Below, one piece after another: positions 27,629 through 36,499 of a stretch of 64,000 nt of DNA. Location: positions 1 through 64,000 of the IMG/VR virus record IMGVR_UViG_3300035698_022389. The stretch is one strand, 5' to 3'. Within the stretch, counting starts at the first letter, position 1, and every line of letters starts with the position of its first letter. The position numbers and the translations under genes are program-made. The DNA is from a virus. A model generated the notes under the pieces. That model was not told the DNA's origin and searched no databases. It saw nothing but the letters and a program-made list of their open reading frames with translations.

Positions 27629-27998
27629 ATTTCAGTGTAAAAAATGTTTCAAAAACTTTGAAATGATCTTACCAATTACGGAGTACAGTGCAGCTCAAGT
27701 CTGTCCTGAATGTGGCAACCCTGCAAAGAGATTAGTGTCTCTTTCTGATTTTATTTTGAAAGGTGATGGGTGGTATGGCAAAGCCCAGCGGATTAAAGGG
27801 CAGATGAAAAAGAAGAATGAAAAGATTCTGGAACGGCAGAAAGATAGGTATCATGGGACTCAACCGAGCATTCAGCCGAATGTGGGTGGGAAACCTGTTG
27901 ATTCCTGGTCTGATGCCCAGCAAATAGCAAAAGAACAAGGCAATCTGGCTGAAACCTATCAGCCATTGGTAGATAAAGAAAAAAGAGGTGACTCATGA
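27615..27998 (+). CDS. FmdB-like zinc ribbon protein
   Basis: MPIYEFQCKKC...CPECG...KRLVS; AAGGAG RBS. Confidence 0.75.
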   Translation: MPIYEFQCKKCFKNFEMILPITEYSAAQVCPECGNPAKRLVSLSDFILKGDGWYGKAQRIKGQMKKKNEKILERQKDRYHGTQPSIQPNVGGKPVDSWSDAQQIAKEQGNLAETYQPLVDKEKRGDS

Positions 27999-28855
27999 GT
28001 AGCTATGGCCCATTCGATGCTCGTATAGGTGTATTGGAGCGTTTACCACACTTCGTTGACCTTATTACCAGGAACAAACCAGGGGTGACTCAGTATCGCC
28101 TTTGGGGTGCTCGTAACATCAATGATGCTTATGGGGATTTGACCGATAGTGGTGTTGGGGGTACAGGTCCCACGTTGATGATGACAGCAAATTTTGCTGG
28201 TCAGCGTGTCCAGAGTCCTGAACTTGTCCGTCGAAAAGCAGGGATGGTGGAAGAAAGCCGTAAAGGTCAAACCTCATTCCAGTTTGACATCGTTGATTTC
28301 TTGGCTCCAGCAGCCCCTCAACCGTTTGGACCTGACGAGGAACCTGTGTTTGTACGTCTGCAAGAATTCAGGCAAGCTACAGGTAGTTGGCAGGCCGTTC
28401 CGATAGGGGCACCTATTAATCCAGGTGAACCTATCCTTGGGCCCACTCTGGTAGTTCCAGGCTCTCGGCAAAATAAATCAATTTCTACGGAAGTTGTCGG
28501 TATTGCCCCTGCTGCTACAGGTTGTATGGAGATGTATCCTCCTAACTTTGATGAAACCCTCCAGCAACCCATTCCTATGCATGTCGTGTTCCCTAGACCT
28601 GTGGATAATGTTGTCATTCGGAATGATGCTGAGGATGCTGACACTTGGCTTTTGGTGTCTTACGGCCTTGGCCAACCGATGTTTGCTATCCCTGGTGGTG
28701 GTGGTAATGTCAGCACGGTATCTTATGATTCAGCTCAGGGAAGCATCGGTGAGATGATTTTTGCTTGTGATACAGCAGTTCCTGCTGGTTCTGTCGGTGG
28801 TGATCCAGGTTGCCCCTTTACGGTTGTTGTTATTTCACCAAGCTGGCGTCCCTAA
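27995..28855 (+). CDS. Hypothetical, probably structural protein
   Basis: GAGGTG RBS, ATGA overlap, G/P-rich. Confidence 0.6.
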   Translation: MSSYGPFDARIGVLERLPHFVDLITRNKPGVTQYRLWGARNINDAYGDLTDSGVGGTGPTLMMTANFAGQRVQSPELVRRKAGMVEESRKGQTSFQFDIVDFLAPAAPQPFGPDEEPVFVRLQEFRQATGSWQAVPIGAPINPGEPILGPTLVVPGSRQNKSISTEVVGIAPAATGCMEMYPPNFDETLQQPIPMHVVFPRPVDNVVIRNDAEDADTWLLVSYGLGQPMFAIPGGGGNVSTVSYDSAQGSIGEMIFACDTAVPAGSVGGDPGCPFTVVVISPSWRP

Positions 28856-28960
28856 CATAGTCAAACTATTGGGGACATTCTCGATTTAATAAACTGCTAT
28901 AGTTAAGTGAGCAGGGATGGTCCCTGCTTGTTCGGATGACTTTCTTTTTTTGAGACGGAG

Positions 28961-30151
28961 GTGGAAAATATGCCTTATATCTGTCTGACAAGAAGTGACA
29001 TCCCGGACGGAACCTTGCAAATTTTGGATTTGCTCCCAAATGCATCGCTACGGCATCCGGGTTATGACCCCCCTGCCCAAACGCGTTACATTAACCGAGT
29101 TCAGAACGAAGCATTGGCTCTAGTCAACGGGGTGTCCTATGGGGTAAAAAATGGGTTGGCAGCCTATATCCTGGACAGAGTGGAGCCTGGAGGCCTACAA
29201 TTTGGGTCGGCTGAAGTGGACTTGGATGCTCCTGGAGCAGTACTGGCTGGTGATATTATTGCCATTGGTGGAGTCCCTTTCACGGCTACAGATGGTCTTT
29301 ATGATCCTGCATTGCAGGAGTTTTACTCTGATGTAGGTGGTGGCTCTGACGAAACAGTCATGGCTAATTCACTTATTGATGCCGTGAATGATCCAGCTTC
29401 TCAGGCATTGCTCCTGGCAGCTGGTGGGACCTGTACAGCTTCGGCTGGTGGTTCTTTGGGTGCAGGGGAAGTTACTTTGACGGCTGATACAGCTGGTGCA
29501 ACAGGAGCTTTGACTCTGACAGAAAGCACAGCAGGTGCCCGAATTGACATTTCGGAAGATCACCTGTCCAGAGCATTTGAGGCTTTTACGGCAGCCCATG
29601 CTTACAACATTGCCGTTCGAATCATCGCCCGATTGGATGCTGCTTCTGCTTTGACCGCAGCCGATGTAAACACAGCAATCAATGCCGAACCTGGTGTTTC
29701 CGGGTGTGCTATTGCCAGTGTTGGAACTCTGGGATCTCTGATAGAGGTACTCTCAGTGTTAGCAGGTCGTGGATACCGTCTGCCTGATTTGTCTTCTATC
29801 TATACGGGAGCCGGATATGACATCTGGCATACCGCAGCAGCTGGAAGTTTTGACATTTCCCATTTAGTGAACGACAGTCGGATGGTAGCCGGTGAACTCG
29901 TACCGAATACGATTGGTGGTGACACTGCGCAGATTCCGGTGAAGGGTATCACGGACACTTTCCACAGCTCCACATTGGACATTTCTCTCCTTGAGGGTGA
30001 TTTGTCAAAAATGGGTGCTGGAATCACTCTCTGGCCGGACAGTGACCCTACTCCACATTTCCCGTGGACATATCAAAAAGGGACTGCCTATACTCAAATA
30101 ACCGCCCGCGTCGTCACGGTCTATGATGATGATGGCTCAGTTCTCGTTTAA
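28961..30151 (+). CDS. Probable virion structural protein, paralog 1 of 3
   Basis: Shares LQILDLLPN, GLAAYILDRV, GSLIEVLSVLAGRGYRLP and C-terminal VTVYDDDGSVL with the next two ORFs. Confidence 0.7.
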   Translation: MENMPYICLTRSDIPDGTLQILDLLPNASLRHPGYDPPAQTRYINRVQNEALALVNGVSYGVKNGLAAYILDRVEPGGLQFGSAEVDLDAPGAVLAGDIIAIGGVPFTATDGLYDPALQEFYSDVGGGSDETVMANSLIDAVNDPASQALLLAAGGTCTASAGGSLGAGEVTLTADTAGATGALTLTESTAGARIDISEDHLSRAFEAFTAAHAYNIAVRIIARLDAASALTAADVNTAINAEPGVSGCAIASVGTLGSLIEVLSVLAGRGYRLPDLSSIYTGAGYDIWHTAAAGSFDISHLVNDSRMVAGELVPNTIGGDTAQIPVKGITDTFHSSTLDISLLEGDLSKMGAGITLWPDSDPTPHFPWTYQKGTAYTQITARVVTVYDDDGSVLV

Positions 30152-30166
30152 AAGGAGGGTACAGAC

Positions 30167-30973
30167 ATGGCATATGCGTATATCGTACTTAACAGAAATG
30201 ACATTGCAGACAATCTTCTGCAAGTATTTGACATCAAACCCAACACCAGTCAGCTCGGAATCTATGATTCTGTGTGGGCTAATCAAGGTGGACAGACAGG
30301 TTATTTGACTTGGTTGTCACAGCATGATGTCGTGGCTACAACTGCCGGTGCTGGTGCTATCGAAGTCACTAATGCCGCTTACAAAGGTCTAAATGCCTAC
30401 CTGCTTGATAACGTCGAGGACGTTCAGAACGGTAACTTGGCTTTGACCGACACTTTTGCCATTGCAATTGGTGATGCCATCCGGGATAGACTCTCGGCAG
30501 GTGGAACTTTGACTTTGGCAATTATCAATGGCCTTATTAACACTGCCCTCGGTGGTGCTGCCAGTTCTGATCTGGATGGTACGGCTGTTGCTTCCTACTC
30601 AACAGGCACAGTCGAAGAAGTTCTTCGTATTCTGGCAGGTGAAGTTTACCGTGTCCCTGCAGCCGCTCAGGTTGGTGATGCAGCCAATGCTTTCCCAGGT
30701 CATGGTGTAGCCCACGTCAGGCTCGGTGCTTATGTGGCTACTACAGACAGTGAATACCGTTATGTCCGTAGATTTGCCAATACAGGTTCTCTGAATCTGT
30801 CGTGTTTATCGGGTAATATGTCCAAGATGAAAGCTGCTACCTATTCTTGGCTGAATCCTTCGTACACTTACGGAGCAGCTGGGACAGCCGTGACATTGGA
30901 TGGAACCCAAATCCCAGCAACAGGAGTCGCAGCAGCCGTTGCGGTTTTCATAAACGACGGCACTTTGCTGTAA
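30167..30973 (+). CDS. Probable virion structural protein, paralog 2 of 3
   Basis: LQVFDIKPN, GLNAYLLDNV, GTVEEVLRILAGEVYRVP, VAVFINDGTLL; AAGGAGG RBS. Confidence 0.7.
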   Translation: MAYAYIVLNRNDIADNLLQVFDIKPNTSQLGIYDSVWANQGGQTGYLTWLSQHDVVATTAGAGAIEVTNAAYKGLNAYLLDNVEDVQNGNLALTDTFAIAIGDAIRDRLSAGGTLTLAIINGLINTALGGAASSDLDGTAVASYSTGTVEEVLRILAGEVYRVPAAAQVGDAANAFPGHGVAHVRLGAYVATTDSEYRYVRRFANTGSLNLSCLSGNMSKMKAATYSWLNPSYTYGAAGTAVTLDGTQIPATGVAAAVAVFINDGTLL

Positions 30974-30988
30974 GAAGGAGGTTAACTC

Positions 30989-31936
30989 ATGGCACATAAA
31001 GCTTATGTTCTTGCCCAGAGATTCGATGTGGGTGGGATGAATATTCAGGTTTTAGACCTTAAACCAAATTCGAGCCAAAAAAGTAGCTCATATGATGGTG
31101 ACGGGCAAACCTTTTACCTGAATTGTATGGATTTACCTGGATCAACTCATATGATCGCTAATGGATATGAGTCAGGTAGTCGTCAAACTGAACTGGCTGC
31201 TTTCTATGAAGCTGTAGCTGATGACACCACGGGTGGTGGTAATGATGTATTAGCAAATCAGAACGCTTGCCTCGGGTTAGCATCTTACCTTCGTGAGCGT
31301 GTTCAACCTGGTGGTGTGGCTTTGGCAACGGCTGGTCGGATGACAGTGGCTCATGCCAATGACCAGGCACTCGGTATTTTCACCCTGGTTCGGGCAGGTA
31401 CTGCTCTAACAGTAGCCGGTATCAATGTCGTATTGTCAAGTGTACCTGATGGGGGTATAGCAGCTACTGATCTTGATGGTGCTGCAGCCTTTTCCAGGTC
31501 TTTCGGTTCCGTAGACGATATCCTTAGAATCCTCTCTGGTGAAATCTATCGGTCGCCGATGAATTGTATCATCTGTAATGTTGCTAATCAGTTCCTGACT
31601 CTGGCAGATCGAGACATTTTGGTAGCAGCCCAAGTTAGTGTAACTACAGGTCAAACCTTCGTGTCTCAGGGTGGATTTTTGACTAATCTGGAAAATGGTT
31701 ATGAAAAGATTCCTACTCTGGCCATTACAGGTGACATGTATGCTTCAATAGGTGGTGGTTATTTGTTCAAAATGGAAGCTGGGATGACCTTCAAAAATCC
31801 TAACTTTGCATATGCAGCAGCAGATGTGACCCCTTATAAGCCTCTTGCTCGTTCAATGAATGGTACACCCATTCCGGCAACAGGAACTCTGGGGACTGTG
31901 CGTGTGTACAATTATGAAGGAACTAATCTGCTTTAA
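30989..31936 (+). CDS. Probable virion structural protein, paralog 3 of 3
   Basis: IQVLDLKPN, GLASYLRERV, GSVDDILRILSGEIYRSP, VRVYNYEGTNLL; AAGGAGG RBS. Confidence 0.7.
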   Translation: MAHKAYVLAQRFDVGGMNIQVLDLKPNSSQKSSSYDGDGQTFYLNCMDLPGSTHMIANGYESGSRQTELAAFYEAVADDTTGGGNDVLANQNACLGLASYLRERVQPGGVALATAGRMTVAHANDQALGIFTLVRAGTALTVAGINVVLSSVPDGGIAATDLDGAAAFSRSFGSVDDILRILSGEIYRSPMNCIICNVANQFLTLADRDILVAAQVSVTTGQTFVSQGGFLTNLENGYEKIPTLAITGDMYASIGGGYLFKMEAGMTFKNPNFAYAAADVTPYKPLARSMNGTPIPATGTLGTVRVYNYEGTNLL

Positions 31937-31961
31937 AAGTAGGTTCCTGTTTTAAATCGAG

Positions 31962-31994
31962 AACGGAGACCACTTGTGGTCTCCGTTTTCTTTT
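31962..31994 (+). terminator. Rho-independent terminator
   Basis: AACGGAGACCA-CTTG-TGGTCTCCGTT followed by TTCTTTT. Confidence 0.8.
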
Positions 31995-32066
31995 AATAGC
32001 CTACCCTATTATAGGAACCCCGTTTTTTGTGGACGGTGGGAAAATAAACAGACAAGGAGACATACA

Positions 32067-32312
32067 ATGGAAACAAGGAAAGAGTTTAGAACTTCAGACC
32101 TTTACTTTGCAGCATACTTAAAAGTGGCTGGTGTGGAATTCAGGGGAACAACCAAAGAAGGAACCCGAGTTTTTTTCTTATTTGAGCCAGGAGATGGGAT
32201 ATCTGACTTGAAGACACAGTATTTCAACAGGTTTGCAAAAGTTCCTGCTCTGACATTCGTTGATGAAATTCGTTCAATGAAGGGTCTGACCTACATGGAA
32301 AATGGAAACTAA
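32067..32312 (+). CDS. Small protein resembling DUF5659-like proteins
   Basis: TSDLYFAAYL...G...RVFFLF; AAGGAG RBS before ATG 32067. Confidence 0.55.
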   Translation: METRKEFRTSDLYFAAYLKVAGVEFRGTTKEGTRVFFLFEPGDGISDLKTQYFNRFAKVPALTFVDEIRSMKGLTYMENGN

Positions 32313-32671
32313 TGGCAACTGTCCTTGTTAACACCCCATTCACATTTCAGGTTTTATTCCTGGATGTGGATAATATCCCCATTGTGGCATTGAACCCAAC
32401 GATTACTATATTCAGTTTCAGTGATCTTGGGGTAAAACAGGAGTTGGTCGCTGCCACTGTAATGACCCCAGCTACCCCTGTGGAAGTTGGACGTTATACT
32501 CACACATATACCGTGCCCAGTGCATTCGGAGATGGAGATATGATTTATGGTGAAATGACTGGAGAACATCCTGTCAGTGGAGACTTTCTATGGTATAGTG
32601 AGGAAGTCTCGGTGGTAACTTTGCCACCAGGGTCACAAGGATTGTCATGGAATACTGTTAAAGGTGGTTGA
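32312..32671 (+). CDS. Hypothetical beta-rich (Ig-like) protein
   Basis: Alternating hydrophobic strands and VGRYTHTYTVP; coupled to its neighbours. Confidence 0.55.
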   Translation: MATVLVNTPFTFQVLFLDVDNIPIVALNPTITIFSFSDLGVKQELVAATVMTPATPVEVGRYTHTYTVPSAFGDGDMIYGEMTGEHPVSGDFLWYSEEVSVVTLPPGSQGLSWNTVKGG

Positions 32672-32955
32672 AAATGTGGGTTATTTATTTATTGGCTACT
32701 TATGGCATCGTGTTTATGCTCCAGAATAAATGGGAGATTAGATTCTTTTGTCACTCTGACTTCTTTGAGAATCTATTGGATTGTGCCTTTTGTTTAGGGT
32801 TTTGGCTTGGGGGTTTGGTCTGGATTACCGTTCCGATATTTTCAAATCTTATCATAGACACGGATACAATCCTTGGTTTCTTTTTCTTCGGCCTCCTGTG
32901 GTCTTTTGCTTCAGCAACATTCTGCTACGTTGTAGATAAGTTCATGGAGGATTGA
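32668..32955 (+). CDS. Small membrane protein (DUF1360-like CxxCxGFW)
   Basis: Two to three hydrophobic segments; CAFCLGFWLG. Confidence 0.55.
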   Translation: MKMWVIYLLATYGIVFMLQNKWEIRFFCHSDFFENLLDCAFCLGFWLGGLVWITVPIFSNLIIDTDTILGFFFFGLLWSFASATFCYVVDKFMED

Positions 32956-33333
32956 ATGACTGATATGCGGATAGATTGTAAAGTGGATGTACCTGTAGAG
33001 CTGCAGGGTGGTAATTATGCGGACGCCTTCCGAATTATCTCCTTAAAAGGTGATGTTGAGTGTGTCTTGGATTTCCTGTCGCTGTCACAATGCCGTACTC
33101 AAGCCTCTGTAGTAGCTAGAATTCGTGTGGAAAAGAAGTTCCTAACTTCTATCAGGGATCGGCTGGAAGCAACACTGGAAGAAATACAAGAAATACAAGA
33201 TATCAGTTATGGCAACCTGACATCTGAACAGGTTGATTCTATTTGGGATCAATCCGAGGTTTTTGATTCCGAAATTGAAGGTGAAGGGGCTATACCATTA
33301 ATATGGTTCATATTCCCAGAAAAGGTGGGTTAA
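32956..33333 (+). CDS. DUF3467-like protein; paralog of 24212..24436
   Basis: Motif alignment given for 24212; acidic C-terminal extension. Confidence 0.55.
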   Translation: MTDMRIDCKVDVPVELQGGNYADAFRIISLKGDVECVLDFLSLSQCRTQASVVARIRVEKKFLTSIRDRLEATLEEIQEIQDISYGNLTSEQVDSIWDQSEVFDSEIEGEGAIPLIWFIFPEKVG

Positions 33334-33334
33334 A

Positions 33335-33835
33335 ATGGCAGTAGCCTTTATTCCGGGAGAAACAATATCAAGAGGAGACTTAGACATCTTCTTGCAGAAT
33401 AGTTTAGGGAATCCAGCAAATGCTGCAGAGATTTACTACACTCTTTACTATGTAGCTCCAGGTCCTCCTGAATCCGAAGTACAGGTTGGCCAACCTCAAC
33501 GAATTCCCGTAAATCCTGCCGTCGGGGAGTATTACGCTTCTCTTATGGTTCCCCAAGGTTCAACCCCAGGAACATATAGAATTCGATGGACATTCAGAGA
33601 ACTTATCAATTCACCCCAACAGCAAGTCGTTCAGGAATTTGCTATCGTGACAGCAGCTGGCTCCTTATTGGTTCCTGGATATGATCAGGCTCAGACAGCA
33701 ATGATGAGAAGCCTTCGGATGCTTTTAAGAGATCAGTGTGTTGGTGGTGAAGTTACAGTAGAAGTGGATGCCGATGGTGAATTGATGGTTGTGTCCATGA
33801 AAGATTTATGGGAGGCTTTGAAAGATGAAGTCTAA
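33335..33835 (+). CDS. Split gene part 1: N-extein (134 aa) + short N-intein 1 (32 aa)
   Basis: ...MLLRDQ | CVGGEVTVEVDADGELMVVSMKDLWEAL*, intein block A starting at Cys 33737. Confidence 0.8.
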   Translation: MAVAFIPGETISRGDLDIFLQNSLGNPANAAEIYYTLYYVAPGPPESEVQVGQPQRIPVNPAVGEYYASLMVPQGSTPGTYRIRWTFRELINSPQQQVVQEFAIVTAAGSLLVPGYDQAQTAMMRSLRMLLRDQCVGGEVTVEVDADGELMVVSMKDLWEALKDEV

Positions 33836-34307
33836 CCAGCCACATCAAAAATTATTACCTTTATTAAAGAAATATGAAGTTTTTCCATATGGACAGAAAA
33901 AGATAGGTTGAAAAATGTTAAGTGTGCATGATAAACTGAGAAATGCTTTTCGTGTAGGGAAGTTAAAAACGAGATCAGTATCACCTGAAGGAAAAATGGA
34001 ATGGAAATGTGTAACAGATGTCCATAGGGCTGAGGTTCCTTGGGAAGAAATTCGGAGGGTAGATACTAAATATGGTCATGCTTATTTAACTAAAGGGCAT
34101 AGAGTTTTTGTATCTCCTGTAATAAAAAAGAATGCTGGGGATTTAGTAGAGAATGATAGTGTTCTTGGCATAGATGCTTCAGATACTGTTTTTTATCCTA
34201 GTTTAACATCTATAGCTGTTAAACCCTCTCGTAAATATATGTATGATTTAACTGTTGCTGACTGGCATAATTTTGTTTTGTTTGATTCACGGATGGTTAT
34301 CAGTAAT
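33737..34307 (+). mobile_element. Atypically split mini-intein 1 (IntN 33737-33832, IntC 33915-34307)
   Basis: Block A is in one ORF and blocks B/F/G are in the next; no endonuclease domain. Confidence 0.8.
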
Positions 34308-34679
34308 TGCCCTGACAAATTTTATCATTTCAGGCCACCTGAGTACGAAGGGGATATCGGACAGTATAATCGAATATTTGGTCAGATATGGGAAGACGAG
34401 GAACTTTTGGAGTACCTGCTGAGGTCTTTGGATTGGTTCAACATGTTCCCCCCACTAACTCAGAAGATCAATACTTTGACCATTCTGCTTCAAGCCATGC
34501 CCGCATGGAGGACAGCCATCCTGTGGGGTGCTATTACTCATGCTTGTTTTGCTTTATCGATAAATTGGGTCGCGGACGAATTTTCTGTTCGTGGTGATCA
34601 GGAGGTAACTGTAGTAACTAAATCAGGTAAAGAGATTTCTTTATCGATTCAAGAATTGTATGAGATATGCAAGAACTAA
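33915..34679 (+). CDS. Split gene part 2: C-intein 1 (131 aa) + middle extein (92 aa) + short N-intein 2 (31 aa)
   Basis: LTKGHRVF, MYDLTVADWHNF, VISN | CPDK... (34308) ...ADEF | SVRGDQEVTV...SIQELY* (34584). Confidence 0.85.
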   Translation: MLSVHDKLRNAFRVGKLKTRSVSPEGKMEWKCVTDVHRAEVPWEEIRRVDTKYGHAYLTKGHRVFVSPVIKKNAGDLVENDSVLGIDASDTVFYPSLTSIAVKPSRKYMYDLTVADWHNFVLFDSRMVISNCPDKFYHFRPPEYEGDIGQYNRIFGQIWEDEELLEYLLRSLDWFNMFPPLTQKINTLTILLQAMPAWRTAILWGAITHACFALSINWVADEFSVRGDQEVTVVTKSGKEISLSIQELYEICKN

Positions 34680-35160
34680 TTAGTAAACGACAATTTATGG
34701 TAGGCAAAAGGGACTTGAAAAAGACTCCAGATATTTGTGTAGCTAGGGTGCAGGAGGTATTATTACAATGTTGAGAATAAAAGAACAATGTGAAATCAGA
34801 GAATCTTTTAAGGAGGGTACTTTACAGGTAAAAAGTGTTGACCCTGTTACAAAAGGTGTGGTATTACAGCCTATTATTGAGGTGTTAAAACATAAAACCC
34901 CTGATAAAGTTATGTTAGAAGTGGTTACCGATTGTGGGACGGTGGTTACAACACAAGATCATTCTTTGTTTAAATCTGATATGGTATCTGTTGAAGTTTC
35001 CAATTTAAAAGAAGATGATGAAATAGCCTGGGTGGATGGTATTTATAAACCCATGAAAGTCAGAAAGATCAATGTAGTCCCTAATGAAGTTTTTACTTAT
35101 GATTTAAGTGTCCCTCCTTTTCAGAATTTTACACTCTCTAATGGAGCTGTAGCACATAAT
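34584..35160 (+). mobile_element. Atypically split mini-intein 2 (IntN 34584-34676, IntC 34768-35160)
   Basis: Ser1 block A ends ORF 2; blocks B/F/G ending His-Asn with Ser(+1) are in ORF 3. Confidence 0.82.
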
Positions 35161-35451
35161 TCATATAGCATAGGCGGGGTATCCTTGGATATTGAGAAAT
35201 CCTCAAAATACGAATCCTTGAAACAAAATGCTGAAGGTCAATTAGAGAAAGCAGCTGAAGCAAAACAACGAACTGTTAAATTTATCCGAGGGTTACAGCA
35301 GCCCAGATTCGGCCTCGGAGTAAGGAGCAGTTTTGGCCCACATGTAGGTAACGGCATACTTAGCCCTCGGAGTTTTATGGCTTGGGCTGTTGCTGTTTTA
35401 ACACCTGCATTAGTTTTTGTTAGTTCTGCCAACAGTCTAGGTTTGGTCTAG
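34768..35451 (+). CDS. Split gene part 3: C-intein 2 (131 aa) + C-extein (96 aa)
   Basis: AGGAGGT RBS; TTQDHSLF, TYDLSVPPFQNF, VAHN | SYSIGG... (35161). Confidence 0.85.
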   Translation: MLRIKEQCEIRESFKEGTLQVKSVDPVTKGVVLQPIIEVLKHKTPDKVMLEVVTDCGTVVTTQDHSLFKSDMVSVEVSNLKEDDEIAWVDGIYKPMKVRKINVVPNEVFTYDLSVPPFQNFTLSNGAVAHNSYSIGGVSLDIEKSSKYESLKQNAEGQLEKAAEAKQRTVKFIRGLQQPRFGLGVRSSFGPHVGNGILSPRSFMAWAVAVLTPALVFVSSANSLGLV

Positions 35452-35535
35452 GTTTTCGGTAAAAAGTTAATTATTTTTTATTAGTGTAGTTTGAGGTTGC
35501 TTGGAGAGATTATAATCTAGTGGTGGAGGTTTAAT

Positions 35536-35961
35536 ATGAGTGTTTCTGTAGAAAGGTTAATTCATCGGTATATGCAAGCATTTGTGTCTAAACAATCCCC
35601 GAAGGCCGTTGTTTATATTAGTAAAGACTCTGTATATTTTCAGGGTGCCCTTCCTTGTGGGGTTATGGGGTCTATTAAAGATATGATGAAAACTCATAAG
35701 AAGGGGTTGGATTTGTGTAAACAGACGGTTTTAGCATTACGCAAGGCATTTCCAACATGTAAAGCATGGAAATTACCCACAAAAGATTTTGATTATCTTG
35801 CAGGGGAGACTTCAAGTAGACTTTTCCCTTTGTTTTTTTCAACAGGACAACCAGCTTCTTTAGGGGTGTTTCAATTTGAACTTATGGATGTAGATGAAGT
35901 TGAGGCCATCACTCTTAAAGTGATGAAACATTTGGGTTGGGAAATTAAAATAATGGAATAA
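35536..35961 (+). CDS. Hypothetical protein
   Basis: GGAGG RBS; N-terminal VERLIHRY motif. Confidence 0.65.
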   Translation: MSVSVERLIHRYMQAFVSKQSPKAVVYISKDSVYFQGALPCGVMGSIKDMMKTHKKGLDLCKQTVLALRKAFPTCKAWKLPTKDFDYLAGETSSRLFPLFFSTGQPASLGVFQFELMDVDEVEAITLKVMKHLGWEIKIME

Positions 35962-35968
35962 GGTAGTT

Positions 35969-36451
35969 ATGAAAAAACAAACATCTTTTCAAAAATTCAG
36001 TCCTGAAGGATTAAAGCAGGCATTAATTAAATTAGCTTCTGATAATCCTGAACTAAGGAAGCATTTAGTACCCCTTCTGAAAGAAGCTGGGTATAAACGT
36101 AGACCTGAGTTTACAATGGAGATTTCAAGGGGGGGCGCTGAATTTGGGTTTTATTACCCCTACGTGAAAACCAACATGGAAGAACAAAAAGAGAAATGCT
36201 GGGAAGAATTTAAGGCTATTGTAAAAATCATTTTTAAGAAATATAAGGGTAGGAAACTATATTTTAATTCTAATTTATCTGATATAATAGTTTTACCAAA
36301 AGAGTTTATGTTACATAAAAACAAAAAACCTAGTATTAGTGTCCCTGATGTGTTTAAGCATAAGAGTTTAAACATTGAAAAAGAAGTAAAACAGATTGTT
36401 AATCGCTTTGGTTGGGTTTTAGATATTGGTTGGGTCGCATATTATCATTAA
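35969..36451 (+). CDS. Hypothetical protein with N-terminal LRKHLVPLLK motif
   Basis: LIKLASDNPELRKHLVPLLKEA. Confidence 0.7.
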   Translation: MKKQTSFQKFSPEGLKQALIKLASDNPELRKHLVPLLKEAGYKRRPEFTMEISRGGAEFGFYYPYVKTNMEEQKEKCWEEFKAIVKIIFKKYKGRKLYFNSNLSDIIVLPKEFMLHKNKKPSISVPDVFKHKSLNIEKEVKQIVNRFGWVLDIGWVAYYH

Positions 36452-36499
36452 TCCAAGTCTGCAAATAAAGTTGGCCAAGGAAAGTATATGGTGTTTTAA

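Noticed and set aside
33836-33914. Copy of the 19-bp tnpB-border motif in the first intein gap
   Set aside because: Only a loose purine-rich run ending TTGAA; not alignable with confidence.
34697-34720. Minus strand reads TTCAAGTCCCTTTTGCCTACCA, like a tRNA T-loop plus CCA end (attP-like)
   Set aside because: One nucleotide short of canonical T54-A76 spacing, no G53 and no pairing T-stem 5' strand; no cloverleaf at any copy.
33835-34768. Group I/II intron or simple frameshift as the explanation for the broken gene
   Set aside because: Gaps are only 79 and 88 nt with no intron structure; breaks fall at equivalent positions inside intein domains; ORF3 has its own strong RBS.
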